This document shows, piece after piece, positions 35,870 through 47,372 of a DNA stretch of 64,000 bases. The stretch's first letter is position 1, and every line of letters begins with the position of its first letter. Both the position numbers and the translations under genes were made by a program. The notes below the pieces were generated by a model. It searched no databases, was not told the DNA's origin, and saw only the letters and a program-made list of their open reading frames with translations. Source of the DNA: Amoebophrya sp. A120 (lineage: Eukaryota; Protista; Dinoflagellata); contig CAJINV010000006.1 in NCBI GenBank assembly GCA_905178155.1, forward strand, positions 502,398 to 566,397, written 5' to 3'.

Positions 35870-36378
35870 AGCACTACTGCCTTTCACCGAACACGTCGGG
35901 ATTGCCACAGAACAACCCGTATGCCTGGTATCACGAATACAAGTTTAAAAAAATCATTTGCGATAAAGCGAGAGCGAGTCCTCAACGAACACAAAAAACA
36001 ATTGCAGCAGCAACAGACTTGTGTCAGTAGCAGCACGACGACCGTTGTTCATTTTTATTCTCTAGTACCGCATGATTGTACAGGTACACTTCACACCACG
36101 AGACGACCTTTTCGTCCCAAAAGCGAGGTTTTCTTGACATGTTGAAGCCTTGAAGTTTGTAGAGTCGAAGTGAGCAATATGTTTGCAGCACCGCAGCAGT
36201 TTTACTCTCCGATGGGCATGGCCGCACCCTTACCGGGTGTCGGAGAATTCGCGGGTCGAGGTGCTGGCGCAGCATGATTTTTGTACGCAGCCGCTACAAC
36301 TGGTGGTCCTACTTTTCCCCTGCTCCTGCTCTTGTTACAGGATCTAAACTTGTAGCAAGGGTTTCCATAAATGAAGGC

Positions 36379-39300
36379 TCACCCTGCCAACTTCCCGGAA
36401 GCACAGTCGACGAGATACTGCTCGCAAGCAAGCCAGTTTCGGGAATCGCAAGAAAAAACTGTCGCAGGGTCTCAAGTTGTAATGCGGGGGCTCCACTTGA
36501 GACGGTTTTTTCTTATGCTCGACATCGACATGAAAGACATCTTTCAACACTATATGCGTAAAACATGTTTCCTCTAGTGTCCTCTGAAGACGTCGCATCA
36601 CAGGTTTATTTACGTGTCATGCTGCGCGAACTTGTGCTTTGCTGCGTCCGCGAAGACAGTTTGAGGCTGAGACAGTTTTTGCGTGATGTGATATCGGGTC
36701 CATAACGAGGACAACTCTGTTGTTTCGACAAAACGACCCTGAAGTAGACTCGTTGGGGTTGGCTCCAGCTGCTGCGAGCCTTTTAAACAATCTGCTTGCT
36801 CTACTCGCAGCTCCAGCTGCGTACCCGCACCGCTTTGAGCAGTATAGAAATTCGAGTAGTACTGCTGGGTCAGTTCCAACCGTCGCAGCTATGAATTGCA
36901 AATATGTCTGGAAGAATGCAACTTGTGATGCTAAATCTGAATCAAGTAAAAGTCTGTGTTGCATCATGATTACCAAAAGCTGTCCACTTTTGACCTAATC
37001 GCGAGGCAGTTTCTCATGCAGGATAGGCATGATAGAGACCACCGCACAGAATCTGTCATGCTATGTCCTACATGCCAGACCTTATGGGTCATGGAAAACC
37101 TGCATGACAAGTCTGGCATTCTTCCAGACCCAGACACTTTTGCATTTGATAGCAGCGCCTGCGTCACAAAGTGGTCATCGGAAAGCGTAAGCGCTTCTTC
37201 GCTGCGGCGCATATGCATTGCAAACGTATGATCTTCGCACCTCGTTTACTTCTAATCGCCATCTCGCATGACAGATTCGGTTTGCTTATGCTTTTCCTTT
37301 TGCTATAATCTGAGTATGCATGACAAATTCCATTTTTCCTTCTGACAAAAGTTATGATGCACCTCAAGTACTACAGGTTTACGACCGTCTTGCAATGCGT
37401 AGCGCAGCAAGTCCAACAAGTTTTCCCTCACTTCTTGCGGCATTATCAAATGCAAAAATGTCTGGGTCTGGAAGGTTGGAACTTGCGATACTAACTTTGG
37501 ACTCCAAAAAAAATCTGTATTGCATGACCAACAAGAGGAGTCTCGTTTGTGCTACGCGGGGAGGGCATTTGTCATGCGGAGTAGGCATCAGGAAGCCCTC
37601 TAAAAATCTGTGATGCTAGGTCGTGCATTACAGACATCGTGGGTCAAGCAAAATACACATGACAAACCCGGCAACATTCCAGACCCAGACATATTTGCAT
37701 TTGATAGGCATGGTTCTCCGACATGTCGCCCCCGGGTCTGAGGGGTAGACACTGTACAACTGCATCGCAGGGTCTATCCTGTGCAAAAAATAAAAATAAA
37801 CTGTAGTTTACAATCATTCACTCCACAAATCAGCAGGCGGACGTGGAGGCACGTTTGAACTTGAAGGTTATCATCTCCCAGGTTTTCAACTACAATAATA
37901 GTGTTTTCGAGCTGAAGAGAAAAGATCGAGAAATGAGTAAAGCAAAAAATTATTGCTCATTCTCATTCATCATGACGTTTTTTTCTATAGATGAGTCTGT
38001 AGTTCCTTATCATCTGTAGTATTCGGGATCGTACACAACTTGTCCTGGTAGGCCGTAATGGGCGTAGCATGATGTCGTGGACCTGAATAGCACATAAAAG
38101 TCAATTTCATTTTTCACACAGGATAGCATTGGTAAGAGCCTCTTCTTCAGTTGCAGTCTTGGCTGCCAGTTCGGTGCAGGAACTTCTACCCGTGGAAGCG
38201 CTTGTTGTCACGACCAGGCTGTCATCGATCCTTTCGCCCGAACAAGCCGTTGAAGTTAGACAGCTTGCTTTTATTTTTCCGCAAGAACTACTACAACCGA
38301 CAATAAACGGATCAAAAAATTCTTCCGCCCTCCTGCAGACCGTGCACTGGCAAACAAATCCCTTCTGCGAGTACAGAATGCGCTATGAGAGTGCACAGCT
38401 CCCCCTCCCCCTCGTTTGCATTGCACAAACAGCAACACAAGCGTCTGCAAGAGCGCAGGTTTCGAATGACAAATCCACATCGGACTGTAGTACTGTTTGA
38501 GGTTCCAGAACTTGTCATGCGGAAAGTGCCAAGAGGCAAAGGGTGGATTTGGTATTTTGCATGACAAATGAGGGGGAGCGGGAGTTGTGCACTCTGATAT
38601 GCGCCGGCGCAGTTTCGCGGACACGTGGGTCATATCAAATGCAAAAATGTCTGGGTCTGGAAGAGTGCGCGATTTGTCATGCTGCTTTTCCATGACCCAC
38701 CCATGAGGTCTGGAATGCAGGACCTAGCATGACAGATTCTGCGAGACCTTTCTAAGGCCTATCCTGCATGAGAAACTCCCTCCCGACTTGGTCAAAACTG
38801 GACGACTTTTGGTAATCATGCAACACAGATTTCTGCATGCTGCAGATTTAGCATGACAAGTTGCATTCTTCCAGACCCAGACATTTTTGTATTTGATAGG
38901 TCAGGTGCGGTGGCAGGTAGCACGCAAGAAGGAGCGAGTCAGGCGGAATATCTTTATCAACTGCAAATATGTCTGGGTGGTCTGGAACATTGCCATGTTT
39001 GTCATGCATATTTGGCGTGACCAAGGATGTCTGTAATGTTGCATGCCCTAGCATCATAGATTTGTACAGGGCTTCCTGCTGCCTATTCCGCATTACAATG
39101 GCCGTCCCCGCGTAGCACACACTGAACTCCTCTTGGTCTTGCTGGTCATCATGCCATAAATTTTTTTAGAGTCCAAAGCCAGCATCACAAGTCCCAACTT
39201 TCCAGACCCATACCTCTACATATTTGCAATGCATAATCTTGCACAGCCGTCCATTTCCCAACCGTCTTTACCGCGTCGGAGCTGTATACCACATTCGGGT

Positions 39301-41525
39301 GCAGACAGGTGTGCGCAATCTTGGTTCCCAGGTCAAACAGCGCGGCCTGTTGGCCCTGGTTGAACGAATGCGCATTGATCGCCAGGACACGAAGTAGTTT
39401 GCTGAGGATTTCGTGCGGAGTAACGTTTAAGTTGGGCGGATCAAGAAGTGCAATATGACCTGCTGGTGCTGCAGCACGACCATCGGAATTTCCATCTTCT
39501 GACGTAGTTGTTCGGTCACTTGAGGTCGTCCTTGTGTAATGAACATCTAAGTCTCCGGCTAAAAGTTTACTATTTTCTGCTCCCAACTCGTGCAACTCCT
39601 GACGCACCTCGCTGGAAGTCGAGCTGTGTGGGGTCGTCGCGGGGGATGTGGTCGTCGGTTCTGCAACTAACTCGACGTCCCCTACTGTAGTCCAGGGCGC
39701 CCCCCGAAGCCAGAGCTGCGCCGTATCACGCGGAAAATTGCCAGCATTTTTCGCAGGTGTACTTTTGTCCTCCTTACCATGCTGCACCAATGAACTTCAA
39801 CTTTATGCAATCTTACCATAATAAAACTCCTTTTCCTTCATTATAGAGCAGCGGCCTAGTTCTTGCGCTGGAAGCTGCTTTTCTTTTGGTGTGGTAAAAA
39901 TATGTCCTTGCAAAAAGATGAAGAACTCTAGTACATACTACCATAATGATAGCGTTTTTTCTCCCCGTCATACTCCGCTGCCAAGGCACAGGAGCGCGCT
40001 ACTGGGTTGATCTGATCATAATTCATCTTGTTCACCTCGATCGTACTTTTAGTTGCACTGCTGTTGCACGGCGTCGCTGAAACTACGCTCGTCGTCGCGG
40101 TAGTAGACGCAGTAGAAGGTGACCTCGTACTACTGCCTTCCTCCTCACTCCACGACGCTAGTGTAGCTGAGCCCGCTGTTTGTGTTTTCATCATCTTCAA
40201 CACAGCCATTTCTGGAACGAGACCACGACCAGCCTGACGAAGCTGAGGCTGAGGACTTTGTTCTACTTCAGGACGACCCAGATCATGTGGTCTTACGCGA
40301 CCAGCACCCAACATGAGTTCTTCTTGTTCCTCCAGTACTCCTTCCGTGTGGTCAGTTGCAACGACAAAATCACGGTCGCAGCTGCTCGGACGAGTATCAT
40401 GATCCACGCCGTGCTGACCCTGACCCGGCTCCGCGAAACATTTTATCTTGCAAGAAGGATCTTCAACACTCGACGGCTCGCAAATCGCCTGGTACGAGCC
40501 CTTATGCATTGCAAATATCGATCCGTGTCTGGAAGCTGAATGCAAGATTTGTCATGCGTGTCTGGCATGACTCTGGTCTGAGGTTCTTTGTGATGCGTAC
40601 GCACGAACGTACGCACGAACAGCCCCTCTTGCCTGCCATGCAAATAAAACGCCATTTGCCGTGCAGAATACGCAACCAACAGACCGGGACGTATTTGCAT
40701 TTGATATCCCTCTGCCAAGACGTACCGCTGCGTCTGCGGATCTGCGTCCACGAACTCGAGCGCCAATGGGATTAGGTTACTATGCATTTTTGCAAATATT
40801 GTGTGTGGGTCTGGAATACAGGTGGAACTGGAACTTGTAAAAATGCATGTCTGGCCTAATTCCTGGAAAATCTGAAGATCGTTCCATGTGTCATGCGAAA
40901 TAAAGAACGCGACTGGTAAAATGCGTGCTAGGCATGATCAAAAGGCGCTGCAAAAACTTGCCATGCCTGGCTGCCATTGCAAGTGTTGCAAGCATTCGCA
41001 ACTCAACATCACAGGTTCTTTTCAGAACCAGAACTTCGGTATTTGCAATGCATAGTTCCGCGAATCAAACGACGTGTCCTGCGGCCAGGCGGTGGGGCTG
41101 CCGAGCAGCTGCTCATGCTCCGAGGTGGACTTCTTGTATTCATTACACTTTATGTGTTCATCTTCATCCCCTGCAAAAGCACAGCCTGATCCATTTATTC
41201 CCTCCTCAGGACGACCGACGACCAGTCCCACCGTCGTGCGCTCCCTTCCGATCGGGGCAAAGGCCGCAATCGGGGGTAGGGGGTGGTTGGAGGTGAGCAA
41301 TATGGGCTTCTCCTCCAGCACAACGTCGCCTTTTTTGACAGAAAATCGGTTGAAGAGACAGGTGCCGCCCAGTTCCGGGACGAACTGGGTGTAGACGTGG
41401 TGATTCATCTGCTGTTTATTCCGTTCAGAACCTTTTTCCATCTGTGGGCCGCGAGGATGACCAGTGTTGAGATCACCGGTCGAAAAATTATGTTGGGAGG
41501 AAAAAGTACTATCACCCCGCGCCAT
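36379..41525 (-). CDS. SMYD-like SET-domain lysine methyltransferase, about 12 exons
   Basis: Spliced motifs GTCLF...KKGDVVLEEKP; INAHSF...ALFDLGTKIAHTCLHPN...AVQDIPPDSLLLACYL...RRRILYSQKGFVCQCTVC (post-SET CxCxxC); junction near 39800-39950 not resolved. Confidence 0.72.
36444..36693. mobile_element. Introner family I (diverged)
   Basis: AAAAACTGTC...GACAGTTTTT TIR core, TSD TCGGG. Confidence 0.75.
36890..37151. mobile_element. Introner family A
   Basis: TSD GCAGC. Confidence 0.9.
37212..37401. mobile_element. Introner, unassigned family
   Basis: TATGCATTGCAA...TTGCAATGCGTA, TSD GCGCA. Confidence 0.85.
37444..37706. mobile_element. Introner family A
   Basis: TSD GGCAT. Confidence 0.92.
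37775..38125. mobile_element. Old or degenerate introner
   Basis: TATCCTGTG...CACAGGATA ends, TSD eroded, removal plus 5 bp keeps frame. Confidence 0.65.
38384..38599. mobile_element. Introner family J (TIR ~TATGAGAGTGCACAGCTCCCCCTC)
   Basis: TSD TGCGC. Confidence 0.9.
38633..38898. mobile_element. Introner family A
   Basis: TSD GGTCA. Confidence 0.92.
38955..39235. mobile_element. Introner family A
   Basis: TSD ATCTT. Confidence 0.88.
39804..39951. other. Probable degenerate intron in the SET gene
   Basis: TAT...ATA ends and in-frame stops between two SET-coding exons; boundaries uncertain. Confidence 0.4.
40503..40706. mobile_element. Introner family A-like (short)
   Basis: TSD GCCCT/TCCCT. 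Confidence 0.83.
40781..41054. mobile_element. Introner family A (diverged)
   Basis: TSD GTTAC/GTTCC. Confidence 0.82.
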
Positions 41526-42871
41526 ACTCAAAAAGGATTCCCCAGACTTCGTTTTATTCGCGCGTAAATAACACTAATACTAAAGCTAAACAGAAAAGAA
41601 AAAGAACGGGGGCAACAGTATGTTCAGGGTAAGTAGGTCCTGCAAGAACTGCTATTTCTTTGATGTTAAGTACTTACATCCTCAAGGAGGTGGTCATTTG
41701 CAAGGATATGAAGCACCATGCTGCTCGCCACCACATCGATATCAAATGGAGGGTGAAAAGAGTCAAAACGAAGACCAAGAGCTGCCTCTAGAAGTAGTAC
41801 TCGTCGTGAAAGAAGTTGTATAAAGATTTCAACCGAGGAGCGGGAAATTTTAAAAACAACTCGAGCAAAAAACACTATGCACGATACCGACAGGGCCTGC
41901 TTTTCGTGATGTGAGCCATGGTGTGTAAAATATCCATCTGCCTGTCGGGAAAGCTTTGTATCTTCAGAGTACAAGAACCGAATGAAGGCACGACAGAAGC
42001 GGGCACCGAGAACATTCTTGTCCAACACTGTTTTCAACAGAACCAACATAGCACTACTAGTAGAAGGAACTACACCGACATGCTGGCAAAATTCACAACG
42101 AGACGAAACCGAAAGCAGGAAGTCGAAGTACTAATCGCATCGGTAAATAAAATTTCTACCGAAAGTGTCGACGCGGCAGACGAAGCAGAATTACGAACGC
42201 TTGCTTTAGTATTTCAAGCTTGCTTCTGGTTCTGCAAAACTGGTAGCTGTTGTATCAGAGCGACACATGACAAGCTTATACAGTAAACCGATAGCCTCGT
42301 CAGCGTTTTCGCGAATCATCGAAGCTCTCTTATTGGACAAATCGTACAGGCAGTAGCTTCTACCAAGTTCGAAGCCGTGACTCTCTTTATTCCTGGTACA
42401 GGCATTAAGCGAAACCAGCATTACAAAGTTACATGGGCCACAATCTATCGTGATAGAGTAGGACTACTACAACATTAAGGCATACATTTTTGTCATAGCG
42501 ACGTCTTCAGAGAAGTAGAAGTTCTTTTTGTCATATACAGTGTCGCGAAACGTGGCAAGCACAGCTATTGTTCAATTTCTTTACTTTACGACCACAGCGT
42601 GCAGTTCGGATTTTTAAGTAATTCGATAAATCGATACGTTGCTATAGCGAAGCTATCACGTAGAGTGCTAATTATACGAAGATTGGAAATTGTGAGCAAG
42701 CGAAGCACGGCGCTTTCTGTTGCTTTCAGGTTATTAATGACACAGAAGTAGATTGCGTATTGAGACACGACATCGAGAAAAATTGCTAGTCTTTATTTCT
42801 ATCTCACCATCAGGAGCCAAGAATTTTGATTTTCTGGCAGCACTACTTGGCAAACCTCCACTCTCCCGTCC

Positions 42872-45800
42872 TCAGCATGGGGGGTTGGTCCAGTCAAAGA
42901 TCTTGTTTCGGTCCGTATTATATCCATTGCAAATCTGTCTGGGTCCTCTGAAAGGATGCAAACTTGTGATGCGGATTCTGGAACAGACAAAAATCTGTAT
43001 TGCGTAGTCAGCAAAAGGCACCCGATTTTTGTCTCCAGAAGAGGGCATTTGTCATGCAGAATAGGCATGGAGAAGCTGCCACAGAGTTTGTCATGCTCTG
43101 TGTGCATTCCAGACCTCTTTGTAGATGTAAAAAATGCATGACAAATGTCTGATTCCTTCCAGACCCAGACATATTTGCATTTGATATATTGTAGGCGTAG
43201 GGTGCGGTGGTCCGCCAGGTGTCAAACGCGCTCGGCTATCCTGTGTAAAAACGTCCCCACCCCAGAGTTGTAATGCAAATGCGCAATGACCGGATCGTTT
43301 GTAATGCGCAGCTCCATGAGAGGCATTTCCAGTCGTGTTTTGGAATTTGTAATGCTGTAAACAGGATGAGAGAGTGGCTTTCTCATGCGACTTCCCTTGC
43401 TAACCAGCACTACACTGCAGAGACAAACTTGTCATGCGAAACTCCCAAAGCTTGGAGATTTGTCTAGCAGATTTCCCATCTTGACTATGAGGCGGGGACG
43501 TTTTTGCTCAGGATATCGGCCCTTCGTTGCCCACCAGATTCGGTGTCATTCCGATGGTCCCCAGGGTTGGATTGATGGACGCCAAGCCGGCGGGACGGAC
43601 ATCTGTCAGGCGATTCGGTTGATTGTCATGCATCGATGACGATGACAAAAAGACAAAAAGACCTATATTCGTCTTCGAGTTGCTGCAAGACAAAATGCAA
43701 AATGTGTCAAACGCGACAGGTTTCAGCTTGTCTATGTCTAGCTTTAGCACTAGCACGCATAAACGGAAAATAAACTTTGAATCATAAAGGTACCTCCCAT
43801 CCTGGCTTTCAATTTGGAGGTTAGCTCCTCCGACTCCCTCGTCCTCCTGCCAATATGAATGTGTCAGGTTTGAAATCGTCAAAGCTGAAATAGTTTGTCA
43901 TGCATAAAACGGATAACAGTTAGACCTACAGTTTGTTGTCGGTGCATGACAAATTTTCCCGGTCCCGGAAAAGAGTCTGTCACGCGGTTTAGGGCAAAAG
44001 AGCTGCCTTCTGTCATGCTAGTTAGCAGTCCAACTTTTGACCCTTACCAGGACTATAATCTGCCTCCCGTGGGTCCTCTGCAATAGAGTCACTTTTTGTA
44101 TCGCATTTTATGCATTACAAATTTTTTCAACTTTGACGATTTCAAACCTGACGCTTCCATAGCCAATGTCGTGGCCGTAAATGTACGGATTTTCGCTGAA
44201 CTCACGAGCTATACCCCGCTCAGGTGTTACAATCTCAAACGTTACAATAGAATATGGAAATCTGTGACGCAGGAGTGCATGATCTGGCCAACTCTCATGA
44301 GATTGCGCATGACAAGTTCCAGAGCCCCAAACCCCACTACAATCTGTCGAACTTTGTATTGCAGAAAGTGGAACGCTCTGCAAGTCTGTCATGCTCATCA
44401 GGCAAGACATCAAGTCTCAGACTCTATTGTAACGTTTGAGATCGTAACACCTGAGCGGGTTATACGAGCTGTCGCGGTTTTTTGGTTCTCCCTCATGACC
44501 TATCAAATGTAAAAATGTCTGGGTCTGGAAGATTCTGAGACTTGTCATGCATGTTTTGCATTGTCCATGATGTCTGTGATGCATGCCCTAGCATCACAGA
44601 TTTTTTGAGGGCTTCGCGATGCCTATTCCGCATGACAAATACCCTCTCCGCGTAGCAAAAATTGCATTCCCTTTGCTGCTCACGCAATACAGATTTTTTT
44701 TGGAATTCAAATTCAGCATGACAAGTTGCATTCTTCCAGACCCAGACATTTTTACATTTGATATGACCCGCATGTACTCGTCGTGCCCCGGATTGTTTTT
44801 TTCTGTGATAAAATGATCATGAAGTAGTTTGTTGAGTTTTTGTCATGCTAAACCAACAAGCAAGAATCACTTTGTCATGCGAAAATTACAATATTAGCAC
44901 CACCTCTTCAAAATCAACACATACCGCTTGCGAAGTCCCTAATCTGTATTGTCGCGCGGGCCATCTGTATGCCATGAAAAAACTGTTTCACTGTGGTGAT
45001 TTTGCAAGATCTGCATTACAAGTTTGTTACAGATGACACGGAAAATTTGCGATGCGCGCTTTCCAAGGGAAAACACGCTTGAAAATCCAATGTCTTGCAG
45101 GTGTAGCAAGACAAACACTTTGGTGCTCCGTTTTCTGCATCACAAGTTCACAGTGAAACAGTTTTTTCTTGCGATAATCTGCGTCCTGTTGAGCGGCCGG
45201 GACATTTCTTATGGCGTTCTCAACTGTTACACGCTCAACTGTTACATGATTTGTCATGCAAAATGACCATGAGCCGCCAGACGATCAAGCTGATTCGCAT
45301 AAGAGATTATCGAAGGGCCAAACAAGATCTAAATCTGTGCCGAATTTGTGATGCAAAATTTGCAAGCTTGCCCCTTTCCCTATGGCTCTTTTAGCATCAC
45401 AAATTCGTGTAACAGTTGAGAATGTAGAATTTGAGAACGCCATATCTCTTTCGGAAACGTTGGGACTTGGATATCGCGGACCAACTTCTCACCCGGCCGA
45501 ATTTCGTCGCGCCCCACGTAGGGAATCTGGCAGTTTTTTTTGTCATGCGAAGACGCGCAATGGGATGGGAAGAACTTGCCATCCAGAAACAAAAACTACA
45601 AAAACATTTTTTGAAACGACGAGCTGACATAAACATATCACTAGTACGTATTGCACGTGCCCTTGAAAACCGTGGCCCTGCCACCTCTCGGACCGGAGTT
45701 CGTTATCGATCACCGGTTGCTGAATATCGTGAGAAAAACCTGTCTCAGTCGTACTCCTAAATTTTTGCAGTTTCAGCATTACAGATTCCCTCAGAACGAG

Positions 45801-46396
45801 CATGAGACGCAAATAAATCTGTGATGCGTCAAATGCAAGAGGAAACGCGTACAAAGTGCCTTTGTTTTTCTTGGCTATCGAGCATGATAACAAACTGTGT
45901 CGACGAAGGTCCGGATCACAAGTTGAGAGTGAGACAGTTTTTTCTCTCCATACTGAATCAGCATGTTGTAGTAGTCCTTGGCGTATCAAATGTAAAAATG
46001 TCTGGGTCTGGGAGATTCTATGACTTGTCATGCACGTTTTGCATCAGCCATGATGTCTGTGATGCATGCCGTAGCATCACAGATTTTTAGAGGGATTCTT
46101 GATGCCTATTTCGCATGACAAATTCCCTATCCGCGCAGCAAAAATTACATTCCCTTTCTTGCTAGTCATGCAATACAAATTTTTTTGGAATCCAAATGCA
46201 GCATCACAAGTTGCATTCTTCCAGACCCAGACATTTTTCCATTTGATATGGCGTCCGTCCGTTTTTCCCGACTGTATTCTCGGTGCATGTCGAGAAACAC
46301 GGGGGCCGGGTTTAGACTGCTGTACTCCTTCGTTTCCGCCGGTCCATGATGTCCCGGCTTCGAGGAGGAGGAGCTGCTGCTACTACCGCCCGTCAT
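42872..46396 (-). CDS. Hypothetical ~240-aa protein; 13 exons, 10 introners plus 2 canonical GT-AG introns (43603-43793, 45527-45647)
   Basis: Exon sum 723 nt, open frame MTGGSSS...DYYNMLIQ...IPYVGRDEIRPGE...GHDEYMRVMREN...FDWTNPPC*. Confidence 0.68.
42921..43186. mobile_element. Introner family A
   Basis: TSD TATTA/TATTG. Confidence 0.87.
43237..43515. mobile_element. Introner family B
   Basis: TSD TCGGC. Confidence 0.9.
43854..44161. mobile_element. Introner family D
   Basis: TSD GCCAA. Confidence 0.9.
44210..44464. mobile_element. Introner family G (TIR TATAC/ACCCGCTCAGGTGTTAC...)
   Basis: ~40-bp TIR, TSD CGAGC. Confidence 0.9.
44501..44763. mobile_element. Introner family A
   Basis: TSD TGACC. 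Confidence 0.92.
44792..44923. mobile_element. Degenerate introner (TIR largely lost)
   Basis: Two TTGTCATGC motifs, ATA end, removal needed for frame (FASG|HDEY). Confidence 0.55.
44968..45176. mobile_element. Introner family I-like
   Basis: AAAAAACTGTTTCACTGTG TIR, TSD ATCTG. Confidence 0.88.
45210..45444. mobile_element. Introner family K (TIR TATGGCGTTCTCAA)
   Basis: TSD TTTCT/TCTCT. Confidence 0.87.
45725..45952. mobile_element. Introner family I
   Basis: TSD CTGAA. Confidence 0.87.
45984..46248. mobile_element. Introner family A
   Basis: TSD TGGCG. Confidence 0.92.
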
Positions 46397-47372
46397 TTTT
46401 ATTCTCAAGTACCTCTAATATTTTACTTCGGATTTCTCTTCTTGCGACTTCTTGAGTGCCTATGGGTCAGTCTTTATGCAGTGGTACTAGGAGCGGTTTT
46501 TAATAAGAGTACTGCCACTCGAACAAAAATGAAAGCCTAATATCTTCGTTGGTTTTATTTTTCACATGCACGATATAAAGCACTGCCGTTCTTGCAGCTG
46601 TTTTTTAAGGATTAAACCACGCCTTCGTTTATTATTGCCCTCCAAATATATCACAACCTTGCGTTCATCGTATCTATAAAAATATTAACAGACTCAGACT
46701 CGGAGTGCATTGCTTCGATTTTTCGATCGAGACTATAACTTGCTTCGATCGAGCACACACCGACTCGAAACCAACTACAACTCCGTAGTCATTTCCTCAA
46801 TCGATATTGTTCTACTTCCCTCAAGAGTGCTGCCGCAGAGTTCAACACGTTTCAGCAGCAGCTACAGATGACGAACCTAATGCGAATCTCCCTTCACACT
46901 TCGATCAGAAACTACTGACAAACGATGTTTCTACGATTGGCTGCTCTATCTTTACCTACGACAATCTTATCTTTATGTACGACAATCTTCATGTCCGCAG
47001 CAATGGTCGTGCTCGGGAACCGCGATGTGATTTGACATTTATCACGTAGTACAACTTCTACAACACTGAGTCTCTCTCCACCTCTTAGGATGTTGCACTA
47101 CAGTAAGGCCGATGCGTGCGCTGGTTGATAATCTTCATCCTCTTCCTGCCCTTGTATTTGTAGAATTCAAGTCCTTCGCAAAAATGCAGCTTGGTGCTGC
47201 ACGAGGGCTACACCTGCTAAATCTATCATGCTGTGTTTCACACCGGAAAAGATAAAAAGAAGCCACAGGTCACACTACGGAGTCAATTAAAAATCAAATT
47301 CAATTGGAAAAAATAACGGATCCTCCCAAGTTCAGCTGCAGCATCACCGATGGCGAAAACGTGTGCGTTAGC

